Assembly (NCBI GenBank): GCA_963818475.1
Contig: CAWFSF010000005.1
Span: 416,001 to 480,000 of the forward strand
Source: Nitrospirota bacterium
Lineage (GTDB): Bacteria > Nitrospirota > UBA9217
Direction of reading: 5' to 3'
Length of the DNA stretch: 64,000 nt
This document shows positions 8,620 through 18,606 of this stretch, one piece after another. Under the pieces are notes generated by a model. That model saw only the letters and a program-made list of their open reading frames with translations, had not been told where the DNA came from and did not search any database. The translations under genes and the position numbers were made by a program. Position 1 is the stretch's first letter. Each line of letters opens with the position of its first letter.

Positions 8620-10014
8620 TTATAGCTCGAACTGCTGGTCCATCTCCGGCACGTGGGTCGTGAACCCGTATTGTTTCCGCACCAGGCCCGCAAAGGTAAG
8701 CGCTGCCGATTCTTCACCATGGGTCACGAAGACCGTCGGGCGGCTCCTGAACGCCGAAAGCCATGCCAAAAGCTCCTGCTGGTCGCCGTGTGCCGAGAAT
8801 CCGCCGATGGTCCAGATCCGGGCCCGGACCGCGATCTCCTCGCCCCAGATCGTGACCGACTGCGCATGGTCCACGATCCGCCGGCCCAGCGTTCCCTGCG
8901 CCTGGAACCCGACGAAGATAATGCTGCACTCCGGCCGCCAGAGGTTATGCTTCAGATGATGCCCGATGCGCCCCCCTTCGCACATGCCGCTGCCCGCGAC
9001 GATGATGGCCCCGGACTTGATCTTGTTGAGGGCCATGGATTCCTCGACGGAATGGGTGAAACGGATGTCGATGGCATCGCCGATCGTTCCGCCGGACATC
9101 AGGCGCTTCGCCTCCTCGTCATAGAGTTCGGGATGACCGAGATAGATCCTCGTGGCCTTCTCGGCAAGCGGGCTGTCGATGTGGACCGTGAGCTTCGGCA
9201 GCGCTCCCCCGCGCACCAGTTGGTTGAGATGGTACAGGACATCCTGCGTGCGGCCGATGGCAAAGGCCGGGATGAGCACGTTCCCGCCCTTCGCGAAGGT
9301 GGTCGTGATCGCCTCGGTAAGTTCCTGGGCGGTATCCGCGGTGTTCTTATGCAGCCGGTCGCCGTAGGTCGACTCCATGACCACGTAATCGGCCTCGGTC
9401 GCGAGCGTAGGGTCGTTGATGATGGGGTTTCCCTGCCTGCCGATGTCGCCCGAGAAGATGATCTTCTTCTCCTTGTCCGGCGCTGTAAACCACAGCGCGA
9501 GGCTCCCGGAGCCGAGGATGTGGCCCGCGTCGAGAAAGCAATACCGGAGGCCCCTGCCCGTGTCGGTGACCTGGCCGTACTTCGCGCGATCGATGAGCGG
9601 CAGCACCTTCTCCACGTCCTCGCCCGTGTAGAGCGGCTCAACAAGCCCGCCGCCCTTCCGCAGCGACCGCCGGGACATCCGCTCGGCGTCGTTCTCCTGG
9701 ATCTTCGCCGAGTCGAGCAGCATGGGACCGATCAGGTCCGCCGTCGCCGTGGTGGTGATGATCCTGCCTTGAAAACCCTCCTTCACCAGGCGGGGGATCA
9801 GGCCGGAGTGGTCGAGGTGGGCGTGGGTCAGGAAGAGGAGGTCGATCTCTTTTGGGTCATAAGCGAAGGGCTCACGGTTCTGGTCGCGGGAATCGCTCGC
9901 CCCCTGCACGAACCCGCAGTCAACGAGAATCTTCGCCTTCGGCAGGGTCAGCAGGTAGCAGGAGCCGGTTACCGTGCGTGCGGCGCCGAGAAAGCGGATG
10001 GAAGGGATGCTCAC
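8620..10014 (-). CDS. MBL-fold beta-CASP metallo-hydrolase (Ysh1-like RNA-metabolising)
   Basis: GAARTVTGS, THAHLDHSG, AGHILGS, MESTYGDR, GMCEGGRI, FSAHGDQ. Confidence 0.93.
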   Translation of the reverse strand: MSIPSIRFLGAARTVTGSCYLLTLPKAKILVDCGFVQGASDSRDQNREPFAYDPKEIDLLFLTHAHLDHSGLIPRLVKEGFQGRIITTTATADLIGPMLLDSAKIQENDAERMSRRSLRKGGGLVEPLYTGEDVEKVLPLIDRAKYGQVTDTGRGLRYCFLDAGHILGSGSLALWFTAPDKEKKIIFSGDIGRQGNPIINDPTLATEADYVVMESTYGDRLHKNTADTAQELTEAITTTFAKGGNVLIPAFAIGRTQDVLYHLNQLVRGGALPKLTVHIDSPLAEKATRIYLGHPELYDEEAKRLMSGGTIGDAIDIRFTHSVEESMALNKIKSGAIIVAGSGMCEGGRIGHHLKHNLWRPECSIIFVGFQAQGTLGRRIVDHAQSVTIWGEEIAVRARIWTIGGFSAHGDQQELLAWLSAFRSRPTVFVTHGEESAALTFAGLVRKQYGFTTHVPEMDQQFEL

Positions 10015-10180
10015 GATGATCTCCTTGTACTTACAACTGCTGCGCCTGGAAACACCGATTCAAATCTTTACCCAAACCACGCACGTCCCTGCTACATCCC
10101 CTGTCTTCTTTGACCCTGAAATGTTGAAAAGGGTAAAATGCAAAGAGAAGGACTTTCCCCTAAGATGCTCGTTCACCCTT

Positions 10181-11530
10181 TCAGTGCGTGTGCGCTCCGC
10201 TCTTGAGCTGTTCGTGGACGAAAATGATGTGTCCGCGGAGCACATAGAATTGGTCCGCAAACGACGCAGGCACTTTCATTTTGTTGACCTCCGTCTCGAT
10301 CTGGTCGATCCGCCCGAGCAATGCTTCCCTTTTGTCGGGCGTCGGCCGCGCCATCATGTCCCGTTCGAGCGCCAGCAGCTCACGATACCACCGGTAGATG
10401 CGCAGGCGGGTCCTCCATCGATAGAGTACGGGAAGGAGCCGCAGCGCCGGGAAAAGCACGATGACTGCCGGCACGAAGACCACGAGGACACGGTTTACCA
10501 GACTTGCCGCCCGGAACGGAAGGTACCGGTAGATAAAGCTCTTGCCCGATTTGTAGTAACGCAGCGCATCGGGGCTTAAGCGGAATTCATGCTCCAGCGG
10601 GGCCGGAAATTCACCCTGGCGTTTGAACAAGCCCGCCTTTCCATGCACCTCCTGTGCCGCCTCAAGCAGCAGATCGGACAGCGCGGGATGCAGATCGGCC
10701 CGTGCAATGAGCTCGACCGTGGGGCCGATCAGATGGACATCATGTTGGGGTATGTCCTTTCCCAGATCGAGGGAGCCTTTCGGCAGCTCCAGCTTGTTCA
10801 AATAGCTGATGCGGCGCGTGTAGCCGTCGGCCTGGGTGAAGTCAAAAAGCCGGATCCCCGGCGACCGCAGAAGTGTGCGCATGACCTCACGAGACGAGGC
10901 GTCTCCCATCATGAATGCGGCGTCGATCGTACCATTCAGCAGCTCCTTTTCCGCCTCTTCCGCTTCCAGGTTCCTCAATTGGGTCGCGCCGCCGGGTTCA
11001 ATGCCGTTGGCCTTGAGGAGGACCAGCGCCAGTGAGCGGGTTCCACTGCCCTCAGGACCGATGGAGAGCCGTTTGCCGTTCATTCGGGAAAGCAGGTCCA
11101 GGGGCGCCGCGCTTCGGTAGAAGATCAGGAACGGCTGATAGTAAACACTGCCGAGAGAAGCGAGCTTTTCAATATTCAGTTCCTTTGACAAGCCGCCCTG
11201 TACAAATCCAACGTCGACGCGGAACGTGGGATCGATCAGCCGCTTGAGGTTTTCGAGCGAACCCTGGGACGGAAGGATCTTCAGCTTCACGCCGTTGCGC
11301 GCCAGTATCTTCGCATACCGCTCGGCGTTCACCTGGGAAACACTGTCCTCGGGACCGGTCGTCATCGTAATGGTGGAAGGCGGAGCCGAGTAAAAAAACC
11401 AGAAAACAGCAGTGAGAAGTCCCAGGCTAAGCGCCAAAACGACACTGAGCGATACAGCGCGGCTGAGCCCGAATAACTCCGCGAACATTGACTGAAACCG
11501 GGCGAATCCGATTTCGTCCCTTGTCTTCAT
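10181..11530 (-). CDS. TAXI-family TRAP solute-binding-like membrane-anchored protein
   Basis: N-terminal TM; SQGSLENL, VGFVQGG, GPEGSGT motifs; C-terminal TM. Confidence 0.8.
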   Translation of the reverse strand: MKTRDEIGFARFQSMFAELFGLSRAVSLSVVLALSLGLLTAVFWFFYSAPPSTITMTTGPEDSVSQVNAERYAKILARNGVKLKILPSQGSLENLKRLIDPTFRVDVGFVQGGLSKELNIEKLASLGSVYYQPFLIFYRSAAPLDLLSRMNGKRLSIGPEGSGTRSLALVLLKANGIEPGGATQLRNLEAEEAEKELLNGTIDAAFMMGDASSREVMRTLLRSPGIRLFDFTQADGYTRRISYLNKLELPKGSLDLGKDIPQHDVHLIGPTVELIARADLHPALSDLLLEAAQEVHGKAGLFKRQGEFPAPLEHEFRLSPDALRYYKSGKSFIYRYLPFRAASLVNRVLVVFVPAVIVLFPALRLLPVLYRWRTRLRIYRWYRELLALERDMMARPTPDKREALLGRIDQIETEVNKMKVPASFADQFYVLRGHIIFVHEQLKSGAHTH

Positions 11531-11604
11531 GGTCCCGACCTTTTTTTGGGATGTGCAAAAAAACCACTTCATGCTGCGTCACCTTTCTTGCGTGCCCAAG
11601 AAAG

Positions 11605-11737
11605 ACGATCTCGTAAGAAGTCAAAACTCACCATAGAGACACGGAGACACAGAGAAAAACGTCTTGATAAGTTAGTGCTTTCCTCCGTGCCCTCTGTGCC
11701 TCCGTGGTTAAATTCGACTTTTTACGACTTTATCAAG
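11605..11737. repeat. Nested palindromic elements: CTCGTAAGAAGTC/GACTTTTTACGA arms around CACGGAGACACAGAG/CTCCGTGCCTCTGTG arms
   Basis: Two concentric inverted-repeat pairs in an intergenic gap. Confidence 0.75.
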
Positions 11738-11748
11738 AAAGGCGACCC

Positions 11749-12339
11749 CTATTTTTTAGTCCATTGTCCGTTGTCCTGCTGGATCCACCATCCCGGCCGC
11801 GACTTTGCTCGCCAGCTGTTTGCAAACAGCTTCTGGGTCTGCTCCATCATGTCGAGGCCAAGTTTGTTTGCGCGGAGTATCTCCGAGTAGAGCGCGGTAC
11901 GGTCGCTGTTTTCCTGCTGAGAGAGTCGATTCAGATCCGCCCTCTCTTTGAGCGAAAGCGCATCGGTGGTTTTGATCTCTACCAAGCCCTTGTTGTTCTC
12001 GCCGAGAGCCCCTTTGTCGTAAAAAGGCGCTAATGCCGGAAAACGGTTCTTCATGGAATCCTTTAAACCGCGTATCGCGGGCGTGGAGACTTCAATGTCG
12101 ACAGCAGCATATGCCTCAGACGCCCAACCGGTAAAATGCAGCCGTTCAATCCAGCCGGTCGGGGCCTGCTTTTGTTCAGGCGTCTTCTGTTCCTGCTTCT
12201 GGTCCTGGCCGCGAATATCATCCACCATCTCGTCGGCTGCCTTTTGTATGGCCGATGCGGGGAAATAGATATTGACCGTTATACAGGAAACGAACATTCC
12301 CACCGCCAGCGCGCTGACCAAATTCAACTTTTTCTTCAT
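11749..12339 (-). CDS. YdbL/DUF1318-family lipoprotein
   Basis: Lipobox VSC; ITVNIYFP; GALGENNKGL; ENSDRTALY; GWWIQQDNGQWTKK. Confidence 0.85.
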   Translation of the reverse strand: MKKKLNLVSALAVGMFVSCITVNIYFPASAIQKAADEMVDDIRGQDQKQEQKTPEQKQAPTGWIERLHFTGWASEAYAAVDIEVSTPAIRGLKDSMKNRFPALAPFYDKGALGENNKGLVEIKTTDALSLKERADLNRLSQQENSDRTALYSEILRANKLGLDMMEQTQKLFANSWRAKSRPGWWIQQDNGQWTKK

Positions 12340-12392
12340 GCTTTCCTCCTTAAGGTGATGTTCTACTTCATTTCCTTTATGGCCTTTATTTG

Positions 12393-14906
12393 TTATTGTA
12401 TCAGCATTCCGCCGGACTTTGCATCGGCAGGGCGTGATATGCGCTTTATACGCTCCTCCATGTCCCGGAAACTAATAACATTATTCCGGTTCTGGTTTAT
12501 TACATCAACACCCCGAAACAAGCCCTTCCGCACCAGATACTCCTTGTCCCCTTCTATTATAGTGCCATTGACCGCGAACTGGTCGTTTTTTAACACGCAT
12601 CGGAACCCGATCTTGCTATAGGGGAAATTCTTCAAGTATTTAGTAATTCCTTTGCTCAAAACGCGTCCTGCTCCTGCGCCGAGTATCGATATGTTATTGA
12701 TCGCGTCTGCGCTGATCTGCTGAGCGACGCCCTTTTTTTTGACCGATTCAACCTCCAGGATAAAACTCGAAGGCTGGCCGTATTCCATCGTAAAGCCCTT
12801 CAGCGAACCCCGTATCTCCCCGCTCATCCTGCCGATAGCGATCTTTCGGGTCATCTCTTCAAGGTTGATATCTTTGAATGTTATATCGCCGCCGAATTTC
12901 CTGGTAGGCAGCGTGATGTCCTGTGCGAAAAAGTTGTCGGCCTTGATCTCTCCGCCAAAGACATTGATCACCGCTGTTCCTTTGGACATCAACCGGCTGT
13001 TCTGATAGCTCATCACCCCGAAATCGGCATTGATGGCGCCGGGCAATTCCACTTCCAGCAGCTTCTGTGTCAGACTGCCCAGGTTTATGTTCTCTATCTT
13101 AAGACCGAATCTGGCCAGCATATCAGGAGAGAGAAGGTCATCCGCCATTACATCATAGAGCTCGATCTTGCCTGAATAGAACGGGATTACAACGCGCTCA
13201 GGCACGTCCAGCATATTTTGGGTAATGACCACAGGGATATGGATATCTCCCAGGGAGAGCCTGTTCCTCTGGATGTCCGTAAAACGGATACTCCCCGGCG
13301 CACGCGAGACCGGCTTTCCCCTGGCTGAAGACGGATGCACAAGATCGAAGGGCAGATCCACGGAAATAGTGCGGACGGAAAGCTGCAGGTCAGGCGCGTT
13401 TATGGCGGTATCGGTCATCGTATATACTCCGGAAACGTATGTTGCCCCTCCGCTGCGCCGGATCACGGTTTCAAGTGAAGAGAAGCCGGTTGCCGTAAAG
13501 CCCTTCAGGCCCGACTGAGAGCTGTTCAGGTATTCCTTCAGCATCTTTTCAATGATCTTTTCGTGCGAGACATTTGCAGCCATGAACTTCATGGACCAGT
13601 CCTGTCTGTTGCCGCTCATGCTGACCGAATACTCGCCGGTCTGAAAGATATCAAGCTTCGCAATGACGGAAAAGGGGAAATCCCTGGTCAACATAACTGT
13701 TCCGTCTGCCGTAAGAGACGCCTGCTGTCCTTTGAGATCGTTGTAATAAGCCTTCCAGAGCTGTTCCCCATGCCGCTGAACAGAAGTGAGGTTGAATGCA
13801 AGCTTCTGTTCAGGCGATGAATACTTCATTTTCAGCACAACAGTACCGTTGGCCCCTTGCGCGGATATCGAACCGTCAGGCGAGCTGGCCCCCGTCTCTT
13901 TGAACGACAATGAGATCGTTCCGCTGAATGACGGCTGTTTATCCGCATAGGTCCCCTGAAGCGCGGTCTCGACCCCTCCCTTGCCCTTCACGGTCCATCC
14001 CTTGAGATCTTTGTTCAGGAAAGGCTTTGCGACGCCGAAGACTTTTGAGAAATCCATTGACGATACCGAAAGGTCCAGGCTCCACGGCATTGAACCGGTC
14101 ATTACAGCCCTGGCAGCAACTTTGATAGCGCCGAGCTCTCTGCTCTTTCCCGTCATTGAGTCGACCGCGAAGGTCTCCGTGCGTCTGTCATAAACAAGCT
14201 TCGTAACAAGCGAAAGGTCTTTGAGCGAAAGCGTCCTGGTGCCGGAAAGGTACTTCCCGGAGTCGACCGTAAGCTCGATCGACCCTTGTCCGTACGGTAT
14301 CGGATAAAAACCCGCCAGCTGAACCAGGGCGGCAATTTTGCCTTTTACAAAGACTCCCGTATCCGCGCGTGATGTGTAACTGAAGTTGGATCGGAGCGAG
14401 ACATGGCCTCCTTTTTCCGGGGAGAAGTCCTTCACCGTAAGATTAAAATCAGCAAGCGTGACCTTCTGTTCTTTCCCTGCCAGATACTCTATTTCAGCGT
14501 TCTGGATTTCAAGCCGCCGTATATCGGGCAACTTCTTTAAGAATGAAAGATCTGATTTGCCTTTGCCCTCGCTCGCTCGCAGGGTAAGTCTCGGATTATG
14601 AACCTCTAGGCTTTCAATCTGTCCAAAAAGCAGCATACCGAGCAAGTTTTTTACTGCTATGCGCGAGCAGACAACAGTCAAGCCGCTGCTCGCATCCTTT
14701 ATTATCAGATCTTCGATCCGTCCGGAAAGACGAGGCGAAAATGACATGGCGCGGGCGGATATCTCATATCCAAATACAGAAGCAAGATAATGCAGCGATG
14801 CCGGCGATTGCAGTACAAGGAAGAGGGCACTATAGGCAATGCAGCACAATAATCCGATGACACAGAACGTCAGAACGATTATTTTCCTGATCTTTCCGCG
14901 CCTCAT
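12393..14906 (-). CDS. YdbH/AsmA-like intermembrane lipid transport protein
   Basis: N-terminal anchor, long beta-rich body, C-terminal FPYSKIGFRCVLKND..ERIKRI; adjacent to YdbL. Confidence 0.75.
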   Translation of the reverse strand: MRRGKIRKIIVLTFCVIGLLCCIAYSALFLVLQSPASLHYLASVFGYEISARAMSFSPRLSGRIEDLIIKDASSGLTVVCSRIAVKNLLGMLLFGQIESLEVHNPRLTLRASEGKGKSDLSFLKKLPDIRRLEIQNAEIEYLAGKEQKVTLADFNLTVKDFSPEKGGHVSLRSNFSYTSRADTGVFVKGKIAALVQLAGFYPIPYGQGSIELTVDSGKYLSGTRTLSLKDLSLVTKLVYDRRTETFAVDSMTGKSRELGAIKVAARAVMTGSMPWSLDLSVSSMDFSKVFGVAKPFLNKDLKGWTVKGKGGVETALQGTYADKQPSFSGTISLSFKETGASSPDGSISAQGANGTVVLKMKYSSPEQKLAFNLTSVQRHGEQLWKAYYNDLKGQQASLTADGTVMLTRDFPFSVIAKLDIFQTGEYSVSMSGNRQDWSMKFMAANVSHEKIIEKMLKEYLNSSQSGLKGFTATGFSSLETVIRRSGGATYVSGVYTMTDTAINAPDLQLSVRTISVDLPFDLVHPSSARGKPVSRAPGSIRFTDIQRNRLSLGDIHIPVVITQNMLDVPERVVIPFYSGKIELYDVMADDLLSPDMLARFGLKIENINLGSLTQKLLEVELPGAINADFGVMSYQNSRLMSKGTAVINVFGGEIKADNFFAQDITLPTRKFGGDITFKDINLEEMTRKIAIGRMSGEIRGSLKGFTMEYGQPSSFILEVESVKKKGVAQQISADAINNISILGAGAGRVLSKGITKYLKNFPYSKIGFRCVLKNDQFAVNGTIIEGDKEYLVRKGLFRGVDVINQNRNNVISFRDMEERIKRISRPADAKSGGMLIQ

Positions 14907-15229
14907 ATTTTTTGCCTTATAATTAAATCATGCATATTTTGGGTAGGGTCGAGTAGGTTGGGCAACTAGACGACTCACCTTGCCGACAGATTCTCGGTTT
15001 TATGAAAAAGCATAACACCACAGTCCCTTTTGTCAATAACCAGGGTGTCCGGTCTTGCTCTTGAATACGCCTGACCATTACCCCTACTTAAGTATAATTG
15101 ACAACAGGCGGTGGGGAAGCTAGCCTGATAAAATAAAGTGTGAGAAAGCCCCAAAAAAGCGTTATCCGGAAGTTCTTAACATTATGCAACCATAAGTCGA
15201 ACCAGTCGTCAGAGAGGGATAAACGATAA

Positions 15230-15643
15230 ATGAAAAACATCATGTTCGTAATATTTTTTTTCCTGGTGGTATCAAGCAATGTCCTGGCCGAAGAGACAGA
15301 AGTCCAGGTTGACGTATTAGCAAAAACACGTTTCAGCTGGGATTGGAGCCATCTGCCGGATTACCCAAAAGACACCCCGGAGATAACAATTGTCAGGATA
15401 AAAATACCGCCTGGAGTACAATTACCGCTGCATACTCATCCAATAATAAATGCAGGTTTGTTGTTGGATGGAGAACTAACGGTTGTCACTGAAGATAATA
15501 AGATACTACATCTAAAAGCTGGAGACGCAATTGTCGAGGTTGTGAATAAATGGCATTACGGAAGGAATGAGGGCAAGAAAATGGCGGAAATTATCGTTTT
15601 CTATGCTGGAGCAATCGACACGCCGATAACCATTGAGAAATGA
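15230..15643 (+). CDS. Secreted cupin-domain protein
   Basis: Signal peptide; LPLHTHPIINAG; HYGRNEG. Confidence 0.85.
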   Translation: MKNIMFVIFFFLVVSSNVLAEETEVQVDVLAKTRFSWDWSHLPDYPKDTPEITIVRIKIPPGVQLPLHTHPIINAGLLLDGELTVVTEDNKILHLKAGDAIVEVVNKWHYGRNEGKKMAEIIVFYAGAIDTPITIEK

Positions 15644-15794
15644 AGTTGGAAACAGACATCTCGCTGCCCTTCCGCATACCCGGTTAGCCTTCAGACCGTC
15701 ACTGCTCTTCCCCATAACATTGATCAGCATCCTTCCTGCCTGCCGGACGGCTCGAACAGCGTCGCGGAGGTGCGTTCGTGAGGACCGTCCCCGC

Positions 15795-15830
15795 AAAAAA
15801 AAGGCCGCTGAGTTAAACTCAACGGCCTTC
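15795..15830 (-). terminator. Intrinsic terminator
   Basis: A tract then AAGGCCG..CGGCCTT hairpin. Confidence 0.7.
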
Positions 15831-15846
15831 GGGTTGCACCTCAGTA

Positions 15847-16194
15847 TCAGCGGATACCAGCAGAGAAGATGATGCTCTCGAACGAACGTTTCAATGTCTT
15901 GCTCGTGAAATTTTTCATTTCACCGCCTGGCTGACACGTCACCGTCTGCCCGACTTTGACCTTCGTTTCCGGTACGGCAACCCAGGTCTTCTTCCCGTTA
16001 TTCTCGAGAGAAACATAGGTATAGCCGCCGGAATTCATCGTTTCCACTACTTTCCCCGAAAGGGAATTGTCCGCCTGAACCGCATCTGCAGCAGGTTGTC
16101 CCTGAGACGCAGGTGCAGTGGCCTCTTTCTTACAGCCGCCGGCGAAGATAAAAACTAAAACACATACTGCAAACACCAATTTTGACGAATTCAT
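15847..16194 (-). CDS. OB-fold lipoprotein (SGKVVETMNSGGYTYV family)
   Basis: Lipobox AGGC; conserved-looking GKVVETM..GGYTY..WVAVP..MKNFTSKTL. Confidence 0.75.
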   Translation of the reverse strand: MNSSKLVFAVCVLVFIFAGGCKKEATAPASQGQPAADAVQADNSLSGKVVETMNSGGYTYVSLENNGKKTWVAVPETKVKVGQTVTCQPGGEMKNFTSKTLKRSFESIIFSAGIR

Positions 16195-16328
16195 CAGCAA
16201 TCTCCTTGTTTGTAAGTACCGATGCACTCAATCAGCTTGAGATGAGCGGCACTTAAATATTGAATGAAGTTGATTTTACCGTTTTTTTTGTGAAATGCAA
16301 GCCCGTTTTTTAAAGCGCTCCGTGACCT

Positions 16329-16523
16329 TTATTTTTCTTCAGTCACTTTTTTAGCGCCCCGACACTTGGGACAAACGCCTTTCCCCGTACCGTGACAGCT
16401 CTGACAAGGACGTGAGACGGCATTCGTACCGGACTGCCTTCCCTGACCGCGGCAGACAGGACACGTTATGTAACCTTTCGCGCTGCATTCCGGACAGGGA
16501 ATCGTTGCTGTTTTATCCGCCAT
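16329..16523 (-). CDS. Small DnaJ-type zinc-finger protein
   Basis: Four CxxCxGxG-like motifs (CPEC, CPVC, CQSC, CPKC); GGAGGTG RBS. Confidence 0.8.
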   Translation of the reverse strand: MADKTATIPCPECSAKGYITCPVCRGQGRQSGTNAVSRPCQSCHGTGKGVCPKCRGAKKVTEEK

Positions 16524-16601
16524 TTGGCACCTCCGTTTAGAGTGGGTAATAAGTGTGAGTTAAAAAGGAAGAAGACTTCAATTAAAGAATTTTACCCAGC
16601 C

Positions 16602-17195
16602 CTATTGATAAGCGGATTTGTCGCCGATATCGTATGCAAGGGGCATGGTCACTTTTCGGACCGTAAACACGACCAGCATGACGGCGATCAGGGCCAGGCC
16701 CAGGGACGCGCCGCGGCCCGAAAGGCTGCCGACCGAGACCAGCAGGAGGTAGAACGGCATGATCATGGCAAGAAGATAGCCCTCGAAGAGCTTGAAGCAG
16801 AACGCCTCCTTCGCGGTCACGAATCCCAGGCATCCGGCGAGCGGAAGGAGGAGCAGCCTGCTGTACGGCTCATGCATGAGCGCGCTGGAAAGGGACCCGT
16901 TGCCGATGAACAGGAGCCCTGCAAGGCCTGCCAGGCCGACGTAGAACAAGTTTTTCAGGAATGTTTTAAATTTGCCGATGTACAGATGAATGAAGAAAAC
17001 GCTCATGCCCACGGAAGCAAACAGGCTGTAGCCGAGGATATCCGCAGGCACGCTGCCGGACTCTGCGGATAGTGTTGCCAGAAGGTATGCCAGAAGAGAG
17101 ATGATGATGGCGGACAACACTATACCAATGCGGTAGAGCAGAACCGTTATTGTGTCTTCCCTGGTAAGGGGTTGAAATACTTGCGTGGAACCCAT
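16602..17195 (-). CDS. DUF2301-family membrane protein
   Basis: FFIHLY, KEAFCF, DIGDKS motifs; multiple TM segments. Confidence 0.85.
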   Translation of the reverse strand: MGSTQVFQPLTREDTITVLLYRIGIVLSAIIISLLAYLLATLSAESGSVPADILGYSLFASVGMSVFFIHLYIGKFKTFLKNLFYVGLAGLAGLLFIGNGSLSSALMHEPYSRLLLLPLAGCLGFVTAKEAFCFKLFEGYLLAMIMPFYLLLVSVGSLSGRGASLGLALIAVMLVVFTVRKVTMPLAYDIGDKSAYQ

Positions 17196-17258
17196 AGGTC
17201 ATTTCTCCGTTCACGTATGCGTCATTGCCGGCACCTGGCTGCAGCAGCTGCCACCGGA

Positions 17259-17456
17259 TCACTCTTTGTTCGCTTTTTTCCAGAACGCCAGGTCGCCTAT
17301 CATGAGCCTCAGCAGTTCACGGGGAGTCTTGGTGGAGACTTCTTTGCACCTGCAGGAGTCGTCCTGCACCGTCTCCGGGACTGCAGGTCCTGGCCCTTTT
17401 CCTCCGCTGCCGGGACCGCCTGATGCATGGTTATGGATGATCTTTTCCTTGTCCAT
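17259..17456 (-). CDS. Small hypothetical protein
   Basis: CRCKE..TPRELLRLMIGDLAFWKK; TTGACA-N18-TATTAT just upstream. Confidence 0.55.
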   Translation of the reverse strand: MDKEKIIHNHASGGPGSGGKGPGPAVPETVQDDSCRCKEVSTKTPRELLRLMIGDLAFWKKANKE

Positions 17457-17603
17457 GCGAGCATAATACTCCTTCTGCCTTATATATGTCAAAGATTCTC
17501 GTTGCAGCCCAAGGGTACCTGCTTATGCTATAATTAAGACAAGAATGGGTTTGTTTTAACGTTCCCTAAGGCGATGCGTTCCTGGATCCGTTGGGAGGCG
17601 TTT

Positions 17604-17798
17604 ATGAACAGGATAGAGAAAAAAGAAATAGTTGTTGATGCAGCAAAGATCTTCAAAGAGGAAGTTAAAGCGGCCGCGCCGGACATCCCGCGCAGCGAGC
17701 TGTGCAATATGGTCGATGACTATATCTATTATCAGACGGACGACCTGAGCAGGGAAGAAGCACATGCCGTGGTTGAGGCGACCTGCATTCTAAAATAG
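17604..17798 (+). CDS. Small hypothetical protein
   Basis: GGGAGG RBS; TGcTATAAT upstream at about 17526-17534. Confidence 0.6.
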   Translation: MNRIEKKEIVVDAAKIFKEEVKAAAPDIPRSELCNMVDDYIYYQTDDLSREEAHAVVEATCILK

Positions 17799-17816
17799 CA
17801 GGCAACGGGGCACGGT

Positions 17817-18449
17817 TCATTGCAGGACCGACCTGATGACAGCAATGACGTTCTTCGCGTCCTCCGAAAGCTTTTTCTGCCTGCTGGTGATTATCGAGAA
17901 ATCCCGTTCCATCCTGAGTTGGGGGATGTCCAGCACGCAGATTCTCCCTTGAGCAATGGCATCACGGGCAACCAGCTCCGACACCACGGCAATGCCCGCT
18001 CCTGCCGCAACCGCCGTGACCACACCCTCAGCGGAGCTCACTTCCGCGATCGTTTTCAGGTCGCGGACAACAAGCCCCGCTTGCTGGAATGCCTGTTCAC
18101 AGGTGGCCCGCGTTCCGGACCCTTTTTCACGCATGATGAAGCCCTGCCCCTTCAGGTCGGTTGGCAGGATGTCCGCGCGTCCGGCTAAGGGATGGTCCAC
18201 CGGCGCGATCACCACGAGCCGGTCGGCGGCGACGATTGGCTGGTATTCCACGTCGGGAGACGCGTACCTCGTGCCGATGACGCCGATGGAATACTCACCC
18301 TTCCGCACCCGGTCGAATATCTGCAGACTGTTCGCGATATCCACCCGCAGTTCGATGTCCGGCACACGGGAGACGATGGCCGACAGCAGCCGCGGGATGA
18401 TGTACTCCCCCGGGATGCTGCTGGTGCCGATTACAAAAATGCGCTTCAT
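17817..18449 (-). CDS. LysR substrate-binding-domain-only protein (CysL/selenium-metabolism LysR-like, no HTH)
   Basis: IGTSSIPGEYIIPRLL, FIMREKGSGTR, VAAGAGIAVVS; begins at the substrate-binding domain. Confidence 0.8.
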   Translation of the reverse strand: MKRIFVIGTSSIPGEYIIPRLLSAIVSRVPDIELRVDIANSLQIFDRVRKGEYSIGVIGTRYASPDVEYQPIVAADRLVVIAPVDHPLAGRADILPTDLKGQGFIMREKGSGTRATCEQAFQQAGLVVRDLKTIAEVSSAEGVVTAVAAGAGIAVVSELVARDAIAQGRICVLDIPQLRMERDFSIITSRQKKLSEDAKNVIAVIRSVLQ

Positions 18450-18540
18450 AGATCCCCTTTCTGGGTTCGCTGCACCGGCCTGCTGCTCTTTAAATCTAGC
18501 AAAACGGGGCAATTGCTACAAGGAATTTTTCAGTCTCGCA

Positions 18541-18572
18541 AAAAATAACGCCGGGCAATACCGGCCCGGCGT
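18541..18572 (-). terminator. Intrinsic terminator
   Basis: ACGCCGGGC..GCCCGGCGT hairpin with A tract. Confidence 0.75.
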
Positions 18573-18606
18573 CATGTCCCCTACCGATGCGTTGCGATCG
18601 AGCGGT

